NCBI GenBank assembly: GCA_026016245.1
Contig: CP061211.1
Coordinates: 480,001-512,000 of the forward strand
DNA length: 32,000 bases
Source: Candidatus Pacearchaeota archaeon
GTDB taxonomy: Archaea; Nanobdellota; Nanobdellia; Pacearchaeales; UBA284
Direction: 5' to 3'
Below are positions 1 through 8,744 of this stretch, piece by piece. Within the stretch, counting starts at the first letter, position 1. The number at the start of each line of letters is the position of its first letter. The translations under genes were made by a program, and so were the position numbers. The notes under the pieces are model-generated. The model was not told the DNA's origin. It ran no database searches and saw nothing but the letters and a program-made list of their open reading frames with translations.

Positions 1-142
1 CTGTAATTAAAATGATCTGGCTATATTTAAGCACCCTATTAAAGAAGCTATCAAACTCTCCATCCTCAGCCTTAACAATAGAAAATGGCTGTATTGGCTC
101 TATTTTTTTAGGCTTTTTTCTGAATATATCAAAGATTCCCAT
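1..142 (-). CDS. hypothetical protein, N-terminal part only (gene runs off the left edge)
   Basis: Not in the supplied track because there is no stop inside the window. Hand translation of the reverse strand from ATG 142-140 gives MGIFDIFRKKPKKIEPIQPFSIVKAEDGEFDSFFNRVLKYSQIILIT, with no stop to position 1. A TTTTATAT box (plus-strand 163-170) lies about 24 nt upstream. Confidence 0.4.
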   Translation of the reverse strand, partial: MGIFDIFRKKPKKIEPIQPFSIVKAEDGEFDSFFNRVLKYSQIILIT

Positions 143-237
143 TAAAATCCTCTGTTTTAGGAATATAAAAGCTTTAGAAATCACTCTAAAGTGGTATCAA
201 AAGAAAGGTTTATAAATCAGGAAAGAGTTATAATTTT

Positions 238-1059
238 ATGTTAACAGATAAAGCATTAGTTGAAGAAATACTGGATAAAAAGAAGTACATAAAAAAGAAA
301 GGCTCTGATATATATGTCGTACTCGAAGAGCTCTTTGATGGGGCATTAGAAAGAGAGGCTCTGGAACATTCATTGAGAATAGAGTATCCTGTAGCAAAAG
401 CGCTAAAGAAAGGGAATACTAAAAAATATACTAAAGAAATTAAAAGATTGAGCAAAAACCTAAAGAAAGCGTGGGAGTTTGGAAAAAAGAACTTCACGAT
501 ACCTTTTGATAAAGATTTCTTAATAAAATTAGCTTATCAGATAGATCCTGAAGCATTTAGAACAAATGGTGGATTGATAAAAGATTATAGAAAGTTCAAT
601 GTTAGAGTGCGTGGTTCTTGTATAAAACCTCCTTATCCAGAGAAATTAAGACTTTCTATGAAAAGGTTTTTTGATGGTTTAGATCAACTTTATGGGGAAT
701 GTAAAAACAGAACAGCATATGTGCCTGAAAGATATTTTGATATAGGTTCTTGGATGCATTTGCATCTTGCTAGAATACATCCTTTTGAAGACACAAATGG
801 TAGGACATCTAGAATGGCCAATAATCTTTATTTAAGAAGTTCAAATTCTTTTCCTCCTATCATAATTTATGAAGGAGAAAGGCAGGATTATGAAAATCAT
901 ATAGAAAAAGCGTTGATAGGATTTAGAGAAAGAGATGGCAGGAAAAATTTGGCTGCAAAAAGAGATGAGCTTTCAGGAGGAGAAAGAGAATTTTATGATT
1001 ACTTGGCTGGTAAGCTTAATACCAGTCTTGACAAGGTTATTGAAAAGAAAGGCGCTTAA
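238..1059 (+). CDS. Fic/DOC family protein (putative AMPylase-type enzyme)
   Basis: 273-aa track ORF. The Fic core motif HPFx(D/E)xNGRxxR is present as IHPFEDTNGRTSRMANNLYL. A TTTATAAAT box at 209-217 lies about 25 nt before the ATG. Confidence 0.8.
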   Translation: MLTDKALVEEILDKKKYIKKKGSDIYVVLEELFDGALEREALEHSLRIEYPVAKALKKGNTKKYTKEIKRLSKNLKKAWEFGKKNFTIPFDKDFLIKLAYQIDPEAFRTNGGLIKDYRKFNVRVRGSCIKPPYPEKLRLSMKRFFDGLDQLYGECKNRTAYVPERYFDIGSWMHLHLARIHPFEDTNGRTSRMANNLYLRSSNSFPPIIIYEGERQDYENHIEKALIGFRERDGRKNLAAKRDELSGGEREFYDYLAGKLNTSLDKVIEKKGA

Positions 1060-1095
1060 GAAAAGAATTTTAAATTCCTTTTTCTTTGTTTTATT

Positions 1096-1761
1096 ATGAT
1101 TGATTTTGATGAATTAATTGATGAGCATATAAAAAGAGAGTATAAGCCGAAAGGTATAGGAAGATATTATCCTTCTGAGGCTGGTAGCTGTTTAAGAAAG
1201 GTGTGGTATTCTTATAAATATCCTACAGAAATAGCTCCTGAATTGAGAAAGATTTTTGAAATGGGCAATATAATACATGATTTTATTGTTCAAGTCTTAA
1301 AGTCAGAAAAGACACCACAAGTCGAGCTTCTTAAATCAGAATTTCCTTTCAAAGAGCAAATTGAAGATTTCACAATATCAGGAAGAATTGACAATCTTAT
1401 CAAAGTTAAAATTAGCGGCAAAATCTATCTTGTAGAAATAAAAAGTAGTGCAGGCATAAGGTTTGTTAAAGAAGCTTCCCCACACAATGTCCAACAACTT
1501 CAATTATACATGCATTTTATTGGAGTTCATAACGGTCTTTTAGTCTATATTGACAAATCCACACTAAAAACAAAAGTTTTTGAAATTAATTATGACAAAG
1601 AAAAAGCCCAAAAAATCCTAGAGAGATTCAAACTTCTTCATAAATTATTAACAACAAACACACTACCAGAACCAGAGGCAAGAAAACATGAGAAAACTAA
1701 GTGGATGTGTAGGTATTGTGAATATAAAGATAGGTGTCATAAAGACACCTCAAGAATATAA
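1096..1761 (+). CDS. Cas4/RecB-like PD-(D/E)XK nuclease with 4-Cys Fe-S signature (stand-alone)
   Basis: 221 aa. Motifs: GRIDNL...VEIKS (D..ExK), QQLQLY (QxxxY), and one N-terminal Cys (SEAGSCLRK) plus C-terminal CRYCEYKDRC. No cas genes or CRISPR array are in the window. Confidence 0.7.
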   Translation: MIDFDELIDEHIKREYKPKGIGRYYPSEAGSCLRKVWYSYKYPTEIAPELRKIFEMGNIIHDFIVQVLKSEKTPQVELLKSEFPFKEQIEDFTISGRIDNLIKVKISGKIYLVEIKSSAGIRFVKEASPHNVQQLQLYMHFIGVHNGLLVYIDKSTLKTKVFEINYDKEKAQKILERFKLLHKLLTTNTLPEPEARKHEKTKWMCRYCEYKDRCHKDTSRI

Positions 1762-1815
1762 AAATTATTTCTTGACTGCTAAAAAATATTTAAACCTTTC
1801 CCAATAATTAATAAT

Positions 1816-2370
1816 ATGAAACAAAAGCTATTAAGCAAATCTTTCTTCAACAAAGATACAGTAAAAACTGCAAAAGCTCTGCTTGGGAAAATAATCAAAT
1901 ATAAGAATACATCTGGAATAATAATAGAAACAGAAGCTTACAAAGGAAAAGAAGATGGTGATGAGGCAAGCCATGCATTCAAAAAAACAGAAAGAAGCGA
2001 GTTAATGTACAACAGTTATGGCAAATTCTATATTTATTTTATTTATGGAAATTATTACTGTCTTAATATCACAGCAGAAAAAAACAAACCAGGAGCTGTA
2101 TTAATCAGAGCAATTAAACCAATAAAAGGAATAAAGAATATGGAAAAAAGAAGACAAAGGAAAGATAACTTGACAGATGGTCCTGGAAAATTATGCCAAG
2201 CCTTAAACATAACTAAAGCCTTAAATGGAACAGATATTAATGACAAAATTAAAATACTAAAAGGAATAAAAATAAAAAATTCTCAAATAGGTTGTTCAAG
2301 TAGAATAGGGATAAATAAAGCTCAACATTTAAAATGGAGATTTTTTGTTAAAGAAAAAGATGCCAGCTAA
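1816..2370 (+). CDS. mpg: DNA-3-methyladenine glycosylase (Mpg/AAG family)
   Basis: 184 aa. Family-typical strings: FFNKDTVKTAKALLGK, IIETEAYKG..DEASHAF, YIYFIYGNYYCLNIT, GAVLIRAIKPIKGI, LTDGPGKLCQALNI. Confidence 0.8.
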   Translation: MKQKLLSKSFFNKDTVKTAKALLGKIIKYKNTSGIIIETEAYKGKEDGDEASHAFKKTERSELMYNSYGKFYIYFIYGNYYCLNITAEKNKPGAVLIRAIKPIKGIKNMEKRRQRKDNLTDGPGKLCQALNITKALNGTDINDKIKILKGIKIKNSQIGCSSRIGINKAQHLKWRFFVKEKDAS

Positions 2371-3235
2371 TGTAACCCCTCAATTCAAAAAAGCTCAAGC
2401 AGAATTTCTAGCAGCCAGAACTATAGAAGAAAAAATAGAAAGACTAAAGATAATGATTTCGCTAGCTCCTAAACACAAAGGGTCTGAAAATTTACTAGCA
2501 AATCTAAAGTCAAGATTAGCAAAATTAAAGCAAGAGTTACAGAGGCAGAAGAAAATCAGGAAACATAAAAAAGGATTAGGAAAAGAAGGAGATGCTCAAA
2601 TTACTTTAATAGGATATGCAAATTCAGGAAAATCTTTATTACTAAACAAACTAACCAGAGCAAGGTCAATAGTAAGCAAATTTCCTTATACAACAGCTAA
2701 ACCAGAGCAAGGAATGTTAAATTTAGGTGCTCTCGTACAAGTTCTTGATCTTCCGTCGTTAAAAGATAATGATGAAGATAATGAAATCCTTGGCTATGCA
2801 AATAATTCAGATCTTGTCCTTGTTGTTGGATGTTCAATAGATAAAATAAAAAAAATATTATCAAAGATAAAGAATAAAAATGTCTTAGTAGTAATAGATA
2901 AGGCTGATATAATAGATACAGAAAAGATAAAGAAAGAATTTTCAGGATCAATAGATATAAGTGCATTAACAGGACAGAATCTTAATTTACTAAAGAAAAA
3001 AATATTTACTTCTTTAAACATCATAAGAATTTACACAAAACATCCAGGAAGAAAGCCAGAAAAAAGACCAGTGATATTAAAAGAAAATTCAGTTGTCGAA
3101 GATTTAGCAAGGAAAGTTCATAAAGATTTCATAAAACAGTTTAAGTTTGCTAAAATCTGGAGAAAAAATACCATCAAAAGAGTTGGTCTCAAATATATTT
3201 TAAAGGATAGTGATGTTATTGAACTCCACATATAA
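2360..3235 (+). CDS. DRG-like (Obg-superfamily) GTPase with C-terminal TGS domain, shortened and divergent G domain
   Basis: The track ORF starts at TTG 2345; ATG 2360 (MPANVTPQF) is more likely and overlaps the mpg stop. There is an N-terminal helical region (LLANLKSRLAKLKQEL). G-domain motifs are G1 GYANSGKS and G2 PYTT. A TGS-like tail is present (IRIYTKHPGRKP...VGLKYILKDSDVIELH). Confidence 0.75.
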   Translation: MPANVTPQFKKAQAEFLAARTIEEKIERLKIMISLAPKHKGSENLLANLKSRLAKLKQELQRQKKIRKHKKGLGKEGDAQITLIGYANSGKSLLLNKLTRARSIVSKFPYTTAKPEQGMLNLGALVQVLDLPSLKDNDEDNEILGYANNSDLVLVVGCSIDKIKKILSKIKNKNVLVVIDKADIIDTEKIKKEFSGSIDISALTGQNLNLLKKKIFTSLNIIRIYTKHPGRKPEKRPVILKENSVVEDLARKVHKDFIKQFKFAKIWRKNTIKRVGLKYILKDSDVIELHI

Positions 3236-3271
3236 ATTTATAAACTAAACCTAGTTCTTTAATTTTTAAAA

Positions 3272-3508
3272 ATGGCAACATATACAGGATTATATATAGA
3301 ACTTTATAGTCATCTAGCAACAAGGATAATGGAGGAGCAAGAAAGGCTAGGGCCAGAGAATGAATTAGTAAAAAAACTTAAAATAGTTGATACTAAGAAA
3401 GGGCATTTTGGTCCTTTTGATCAGCTAAAAAAAGAATATCCTAATTTGAGTGAAAGGGATATTTTAATAGAATATCTGAAAAAATTAACTGATGAAAACA
3501 GAAATTAA
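3272..3508 (+). CDS. hypothetical protein (possibly the 5' part of a gene interrupted by an in-frame TAA)
   Basis: 78-aa track ORF. The same frame stays open for 52 more codons after the TAA at 3506-3508 and ends at TAG 3665-3667. Confidence 0.4.
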   Translation: MATYTGLYIELYSHLATRIMEEQERLGPENELVKKLKIVDTKKGHFGPFDQLKKEYPNLSERDILIEYLKKLTDENRN

Positions 3509-3927
3509 AGATTAAAATGGAAGACATTGCCTGATGAAGAAAAAAATATGTTATATATGTCATTAATATCTATTTGTATTGGTAATGATTTCTATCTTAA
3601 AGCTGATAATGGTGGTTGTTTGGTAGTAGAAACAGCAAAAGAAAAAGAAGAGTTAAAACATTATTAGAAAAATCATTGTAAATAGGAATATAAATCTAAG
3701 TGTAAAGCTAATAAATCATAACTCATCCAAAAGATTCTTTACTTTTTAAAGATATTTTAATTCCAAGTTTTCTTATTTCAGCATAATTTTTTAATTTATC
3801 TATGGCCTCTTTTAACATAATTTATTTAAAGTGAACTTCTTTATAAATATTGCCAGGGAAAATGCCAACTTATGAAGAAAAACAATAAGAAGTAATAGCT
3901 CTCTTGAATTATGCTGGGATAGATTTG

Positions 3928-4274
3928 ATGAATGAAAAAGTTATTCTTGGTTATTGTACATTTTCAGGCAAAGAAATAATAAGTGAGGAAAGTAACTGGA
4001 AGGGGAGCATCCTGTAGCATATGGATTATATAAATTTGGTGACAAAGATAAACCAAAATATCTTGTTTTATCTGCAGTATTAGATAAGAAATATAGTGAT
4101 GAGGAAGGAGTTTTTATTTTAACTCATGAAATTTTACCAGAAGCACCAGATTTAAAAGAATATAAGATGCCAGATATCAAAAACAAGGAAGCTTACAATT
4201 ATGGTGGAAATCATCTGGAAAATTTAATTGATGGCATTATAATAAGAGAACAAGAAAAGGGGATTATTCACTAA
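3928..4274 (+). pseudogene. frameshifted hypothetical gene
   Basis: Hand translation gives ATG 3928 MNEKVILGYCTFSGKEIISEESNWKGSIL* (stop 4015-4017). A second frame is open from 3996 to the TAA at 4272-4274 (LEGEHPVAYGLYKFGDKDKPKYLVLSAVLDKKYSDEEGVFILTHEILPEAPDLKEYKMPDIKNKEAYNYGGNHLENLIDGIIIREQEKGIIH) with no start codon of its own near its 5' end. The two frames overlap at 3996-4017. Confidence 0.45.
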
Positions 4275-4441
4275 GATTTAGATTTTTTCATCTCTTCCAT
4301 CTTAGCCTTCCCCAGAAATCAGCTGAGGCTCAAATCACCTCTAAACTAGCAAGATTGTGGAATTTTTAAATATTATGGCTTGTGAACGAGAAAGATTTAT
4401 AAATAAGGACCAAATTGATATCTAATAGGAGGATTTTTGAA

Positions 4442-4735
4442 ATGCCATATAGAGATTCTAGAAGAGGCACTGGAAGAGGAAGGAGCGGCCCCCGTAAATT
4501 TGGTGGTCAGAGAAGGTTTGGCGGTCCACGTAGATTTGGGCCACGAGAGATGCACAAAATAACATGTGCTGAATGCGGAAAAGAAGCAGAAGTTCCTTTC
4601 AAACCTTCAGGAGACAGGCCAGTTTATTGCAAAGAGTGTTTTATGAAAAGGAAAGGAATAAAACCTAGAGAAGAAAAAGAAGAAAAGGAAAAAACTGAAA
4701 AGCCAGAAGAAGTCGAAGAAGCCAAAGAAGAATAA
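4442..4735 (+). CDS. CxxC-x17-CxxC zinc-ribbon protein with RGG/RFGG-rich N-terminus and acidic K/E tail
   Basis: The track ORF starts at TTG 4415; ATG 4442 is preceded by AGGAGG (4427-4432). CAEC-17 residues-CKEC spacing counted directly. The N-terminus carries the repeated RKFGGQRRFGGPRRFG. Confidence 0.75.
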   Translation: MPYRDSRRGTGRGRSGPRKFGGQRRFGGPRRFGPREMHKITCAECGKEAEVPFKPSGDRPVYCKECFMKRKGIKPREEKEEKEKTEKPEEVEEAKEE

Positions 4736-4784
4736 GTATAAGAATAAATCAAACTATTTCTTATTTTTTATTTTTATTATATTT

Positions 4785-5081
4785 TTAATAATTTCTATGA
4801 GTTTTAACTACATTCAAGCCTTGCTTTTTAAGCCTAGAAGCAAGATTAATAGGGATAGTCTCTTCATCTAGTGTTATTGGAATTGGCAAAACATTATAGC
4901 CTTTAATAATATAAGAATCACATAAACCATTCTTATTCTGGTCATAACATTCTAGAACATATTGTGCTTTTTCTTCAAGTGGGCCTTTTGCAGGAATCAC
5001 TACCCTATTTACTCCAGTACTAGTACATCCTCCTAATATCACTAAAACACCAACAGTTTCAATTATTTCTTTTAATGACAT
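4785..5081 (-). CDS. small putative lipoprotein / secreted protein
   Basis: The track ORF begins at TTG 5099. ATG 5081 lies 1 nt after the upstream gene stop. The N-terminus MSLKEIIETVGVLVILGGCTSTG has a hydrophobic helix followed by a lipobox-like LGGC. Confidence 0.5.
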   Translation of the reverse strand: MSLKEIIETVGVLVILGGCTSTGVNRVVIPAKGPLEEKAQYVLECYDQNKNGLCDSYIIKGYNVLPIPITLDEETIPINLASRLKKQGLNVVKTHRNY

Positions 5082-5082
5082 T

Positions 5083-5439
5083 TTAGTTATTTGTAACAAT
5101 AATAAATTTCCTCAATTTAACAAGCATTTCCAAAGGAATATTTGTTTTTATTGCTTTGTCTCTTAATTCTCTTTCATCAAGATCAACAAGTCTCTTTCCT
5201 AAGCGTGTTTCAGTAAATCCCCCCCTATTTTCCAGCAAAACATCTTCTTTGTCAGTAGAATACAAAACTAGAGCTTTTTTAGAGCTGACATCTCCCAAAG
5301 ACCTAGTTTCATGAATACCAATTAGATTTTCCCTATTTATCTTGTCTCTAAGATGGCTTGCAAGATAATGAAAATCAGTATAACTATTCCATACCTTATC
5401 TCCATGCCTTCCTATAACATATTGCTTTTCCATTTCCAT
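5083..5439 (-). CDS. hypothetical protein
   Basis: 118-aa track ORF tightly coupled to the downstream small gene. No motif recognised. Confidence 0.5.
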   Translation of the reverse strand: MEMEKQYVIGRHGDKVWNSYTDFHYLASHLRDKINRENLIGIHETRSLGDVSSKKALVLYSTDKEDVLLENRGGFTETRLGKRLVDLDERELRDKAIKTNIPLEMLVKLRKFIIVTNN

Positions 5440-5502
5440 TATAATCTCAATAGCTTTAAATTGATTTTTGTATTATAAAATATATCTTGCATTATAAAGT
5501 GT

Positions 5503-5527
5503 AAAAATTATTAAGGCTGGGGAATTT
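5503..5527 (+). promoter_or_regulatory. copy 1 of dispersed intergenic motif AAAAATTA..AAGGCT(A)GGGGAATTT
   Basis: aaaaattattaaggctggggaattt. Compare with 9719-9745 and 10068-10094. All three copies lie upstream of + strand genes. Confidence 0.45.
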
Positions 5528-5591
5528 AAAAGCAAAAGGTTTTTAAGCGTATATCAATTGATATACATATAAAATTGATAAAGGAATTAAA

Positions 5592-5894
5592 ATGCCGTTG
5601 CAAATTCAAAGAAAAAATGACTATTGCAAAGAAATATCAAGATTATTCAGATCCCCAACTCTAGAGACTGTATTGATGGTGGAAAAAACTATAAAGAGGT
5701 ATAGTGGAGAATTTAATAGAAGAAAAATCTGGCAAAAGCTTCCTAGAAAGGTCATGTGGCAGACATATGTAAAGATATTAGATTATTTACAAAGTATAAA
5801 TAAAATAGCTATTTCTAAGAAAGGCATATTGGTCTATATTTGGAACCCAAAGTTAGCTAAGAAATTCATGAAATTAGGCAGGAGAAAATTATGA
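5592..5894 (+). CDS. hypothetical protein, possibly winged-helix
   Basis: 100-aa track ORF with a basic C-terminus. Its stop overlaps (ATGA at 5891-5894) a 27-codon ORF at 5891-5974. Confidence 0.5.
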   Translation: MPLQIQRKNDYCKEISRLFRSPTLETVLMVEKTIKRYSGEFNRRKIWQKLPRKVMWQTYVKILDYLQSINKIAISKKGILVYIWNPKLAKKFMKLGRRKL

Positions 5895-5976
5895 TAAAGC
5901 CATCTAAGGTGATATTTGCAGATGCTAAATTGGAAAAGACCTATTTTCAGTTAAATAATTTAGATATTGATTAAAC

Positions 5977-5993
5977 AAGCGTAAAAGTTATAA
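5977..5993 (+). promoter_or_regulatory. promoter-like 17-mer AAGCGTAAAAGTTATAA upstream of the ASCH gene
   Basis: Identical 17-mer at 9200-9216. Both copies end 23-24 nt before an ATG (6017 and 9239). Confidence 0.5.
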
Positions 5994-6016
5994 TCTCTTT
6001 TTTATTCTTCTTAATC

Positions 6017-6379
6017 ATGAAAACATTATCTTTAAAACAGCCATGGGCAGAATTAATATTGCAAGGCAGAAAAAAGATAGAAATAAGAAAATGGAACACA
6101 AAATTTAGAGATCCTTTTTTGATTCATGCTTCTAAAATTCCTGATGAAAAAGCTATGAAAAAATTCAACTTCAAAACCCTGCCCTGTGGCTTTATTATAG
6201 GAAAAGCAGAGTTAGTAGATATCAAACATTATAAAAATGAGGAAGAATTCAATAAAGACAAACAGCTTCATTTAGCAACAAGTGGCTGGGGCAATTATGG
6301 TTTTATTTTAAAGAATGTCAAGAGAATCAGACACATCAAATGTAAAGGCTCCCTAGGTTTCTGGGATTTTAAGTTATAG
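6017..6379 (+). CDS. ASCH domain (PUA-like fold) protein
   Basis: 120 aa. The N-terminus LSLKQPWAELILQGRKKIEIRKW...FLIHASK is typical of ASCH domain proteins. Confidence 0.7.
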   Translation: MKTLSLKQPWAELILQGRKKIEIRKWNTKFRDPFLIHASKIPDEKAMKKFNFKTLPCGFIIGKAELVDIKHYKNEEEFNKDKQLHLATSGWGNYGFILKNVKRIRHIKCKGSLGFWDFKL

Positions 6380-6385
6380 TAAAAC

Positions 6386-8365
6386 TTAAAAATTGTGAGT
6401 TCTAAAAACTCTTACATCAGGAGATAAAAGAAAGATATGGTCTTCTCTGCTTCTTAAACCGCGATATATTCTTTGTAAAAACTCTCTTCTTGCTTTGTCT
6501 ATATAAAACATATTATAATATTGGGGTTTAGTTCTCTTTAAAATTCTCCAAAAAAGCGAATTAACATTTGGATAAGGATATTTAGTCAGAATTATACTAT
6601 TACATATTTCTCCTGGAAAATCTACCCCCCTATTACATTTTGTGGAAAATAAAATTTCTATTTCTCCTTGCTTGAATTTTTTAACAGCTTCTCCTACACT
6701 ATCTTGTTGCTGTAGATATCTAAGTTTTTTCTGAGTCATAATATTCAAATTAAACTCTTTTATTTCTTGTTCAGTTGGAAGATCTTTAAAAGAATTAACA
6801 TGAACCAAAACAGGTTTCTTTGCCTTTTCTATACTTTTTGATAATGCCAAAAGATACTGTTTTCTTGTTATTCTTCCTTTTTGAAAATTTTTATATCTAC
6901 AATCAATTTCAAATTTTGTTTTTAAAAAGTCGATTTTTCCAGGAGTTTTAGTTTCTGCTTCAATAATCTTGAAATTATCCAGACCAAAAATATTTTTTAG
7001 AACATCTTTAGAGTGTATTGTGCCTGACATCAATACAATAATCTTATTTTTATCAAGAAGCTCTTTAAACTTTTTCTCAAGATTTGTTGTTACTAATCTA
7101 ACAATAAACTCTTTTCCTTTATCTCTGTATGATTCTTCTTTACAAAAAGAAAGATATGTTTCATCAAAAAAATTATCAAAAGTTTTAGCTACTTCTTCTA
7201 TATGATAACAATAATTTTCTTCATCACATTCAACACAATTCATAAGATCAGAATCTAAAAAATATTTCAGCAAATCAAAAATTTCACTATTCTTTATATG
7301 AATGATTTTCTCACTCAGAATATATTCCTCAATTTGCTTATCTTTGTCTTTTAAAATTTCATTTGATAGAGCTATTAATTTATTAATTATTTTTTGTGTT
7401 TTTTCATCTTCTGTAAACAACCCTCCTAAAGCCAAATTAAGTCTATTAAGATTAATTTTCTTAGTATTTGAGAAACTGTCTAAAAATTCATCACATTCAT
7501 CTATAATCTCTATTTCTGTGGTTGGCTTTCTGTTCATCAATGTTTCTAATTTATATTTCTGGCTGTTAAAAATTATTACATCTGCATCAATATAAGCATT
7601 AAACTGGTCATAATAACCACAACCTCGTTTTCTTTGATGAATTGTATAATTTCTATCCATCAAACCAGTATAATTCCTTTGATTAGCCTTTAAATTAAGT
7701 TTTATTTCAGAAGGAACAATAGGACTCCAGTAAGGACATATGGGGGCTATAGACATTCTTCTCACATCATTTATAGAAATAAAAGCTGTGTCTATTTTAG
7801 GATTCTTTTTTAAATACTCTCTAATTTTCTTGGAATTTTTTTCTTTAATCTCAATTCTACAAGGAAGAAATGGATTATCACATAAAATATAGTCCTTTTC
7901 CAGGTTATATTTTTCATTTAACTCATTATCTTCATTATTCTTAAAATCATCTCCAAAATCACTTAATTTAGAGTCCTTTTGCTCTTTTTCCTTCTGCACT
8001 AATTTTTGCATCTTTTCTTGTTCTTGTAAATAAGGACATATATGATTAACTCTTCCTGTTATAACTTTGATTTTTAATTTTTGGCTATTTTCCTTTAATA
8101 GATACTTTTTACTTGTATAATCATCTTCATACTGCTTTTGTAAGGCTTTGGATGGAACAACAATAGAGGTTTTTCCAATTTCTTTTGCTAAATTTAAAGC
8201 CACTATGCTTTTTCCAGTGCCACAAACTCCTTTAATAAAAATAACTTTATATCCTTCATCAATTGCTTCAAGGACCTCTTTAACAATATCTTCCTGGCTT
8301 TTATTATTAGAAAAAATCAATGGTTTCAATATCTCATTTTTATTATTTTCATATAAACTCCACAT
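6386..8365 (-). CDS. XPD/Rad3/DinG-like superfamily 2 DNA helicase with Fe-S cluster cysteines
   Basis: 659 aa. Walker A GVCGTGKS; motif II IIDECDEF; VLMSGTI; STKCNRGVDFPG; QRIYRGLRSREDHIFLLSPDVRV. Four Cys lie between motifs I and II (NHICPY, LCDNPFLPC, APICPYW). Confidence 0.8.
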   Translation of the reverse strand: MWSLYENNKNEILKPLIFSNNKSQEDIVKEVLEAIDEGYKVIFIKGVCGTGKSIVALNLAKEIGKTSIVVPSKALQKQYEDDYTSKKYLLKENSQKLKIKVITGRVNHICPYLQEQEKMQKLVQKEKEQKDSKLSDFGDDFKNNEDNELNEKYNLEKDYILCDNPFLPCRIEIKEKNSKKIREYLKKNPKIDTAFISINDVRRMSIAPICPYWSPIVPSEIKLNLKANQRNYTGLMDRNYTIHQRKRGCGYYDQFNAYIDADVIIFNSQKYKLETLMNRKPTTEIEIIDECDEFLDSFSNTKKINLNRLNLALGGLFTEDEKTQKIINKLIALSNEILKDKDKQIEEYILSEKIIHIKNSEIFDLLKYFLDSDLMNCVECDEENYCYHIEEVAKTFDNFFDETYLSFCKEESYRDKGKEFIVRLVTTNLEKKFKELLDKNKIIVLMSGTIHSKDVLKNIFGLDNFKIIEAETKTPGKIDFLKTKFEIDCRYKNFQKGRITRKQYLLALSKSIEKAKKPVLVHVNSFKDLPTEQEIKEFNLNIMTQKKLRYLQQQDSVGEAVKKFKQGEIEILFSTKCNRGVDFPGEICNSIILTKYPYPNVNSLFWRILKRTKPQYYNMFYIDKARREFLQRIYRGLRSREDHIFLLSPDVRVFRTHNF

Positions 8366-8498
8366 GATTATATTTAAAACAAAAGCCTTTTAAGAATTTG
8401 TGTGATGTGGAAAGTGCAAAGGAAAGGGATTACAAATTAGCAAAATCTCAAAATAAAATCAAATTAGAATTAAAAAAACTTTTACTTTTCTATTTACT

Positions 8499-8744
8499 TT
8501 ATTCTTCTTTCTTTTCTTCCTTTTTACCTTTTAGCTTTTCAACTTCTTCTGCTTTAGGGCCTTTATCTCCCTCAACAGCTTTAAAAGAAACCCTATCGCC
8601 TTCATCAATTTCAACACCTTCCTTTAATCCGTCTCCATGGACAAAGTAAGATTTTCCATCATCTCCATTGATAAAACCATAGTTTCTTGTTCTGTTAAAA
8701 AACTTTACTGTTCCTTCAACCATCCCAAAATCAAGAATTTTCAT
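8499..8744 (-). CDS. csp: cold-shock domain protein with K/E-rich tail
   Basis: 81 aa. GTVKFFNRTRNYGFINGDDGKSYFVH...DEGDRVSFKAVEGDKGPKA matches the CspA-type RNP1/RNP2 layout. Confidence 0.85.
   Translation of the reverse strand: MKILDFGMVEGTVKFFNRTRNYGFINGDDGKSYFVHGDGLKEGVEIDEGDRVSFKAVEGDKGPKAEEVEKLKGKKEEKKEE

Noticed and set aside
12-215. Track ORF 12..215 (+), 67 aa
   Set aside because: It lies opposite a better-supported reverse-strand gene start (ATG 142 with an upstream TATA-like box) and spans two promoter-like regions. Its hydrophobic low-complexity translation is typical of AT-rich shadow frames.
3506-3508. Alternative genetic code (TAA read as sense) to explain the in-frame stop
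   Set aside because: TAA, TAG and TGA all terminate well-supported genes elsewhere in the window (for example hsdM TGA, dam TAG, hsdR TAA). A local nonsense mutation or two separate ORFs is more parsimonious.
3718-3830. A 31-codon reverse-strand ORF (MLKEAIDKLKNYAEIRKLGIKISLKSKESFG) in the ORF-free stretch
   Set aside because: It is too short, has no RBS or TATA spacing that I could support, and has no recognisable motif. It may be another gene remnant, but that is unsupported.
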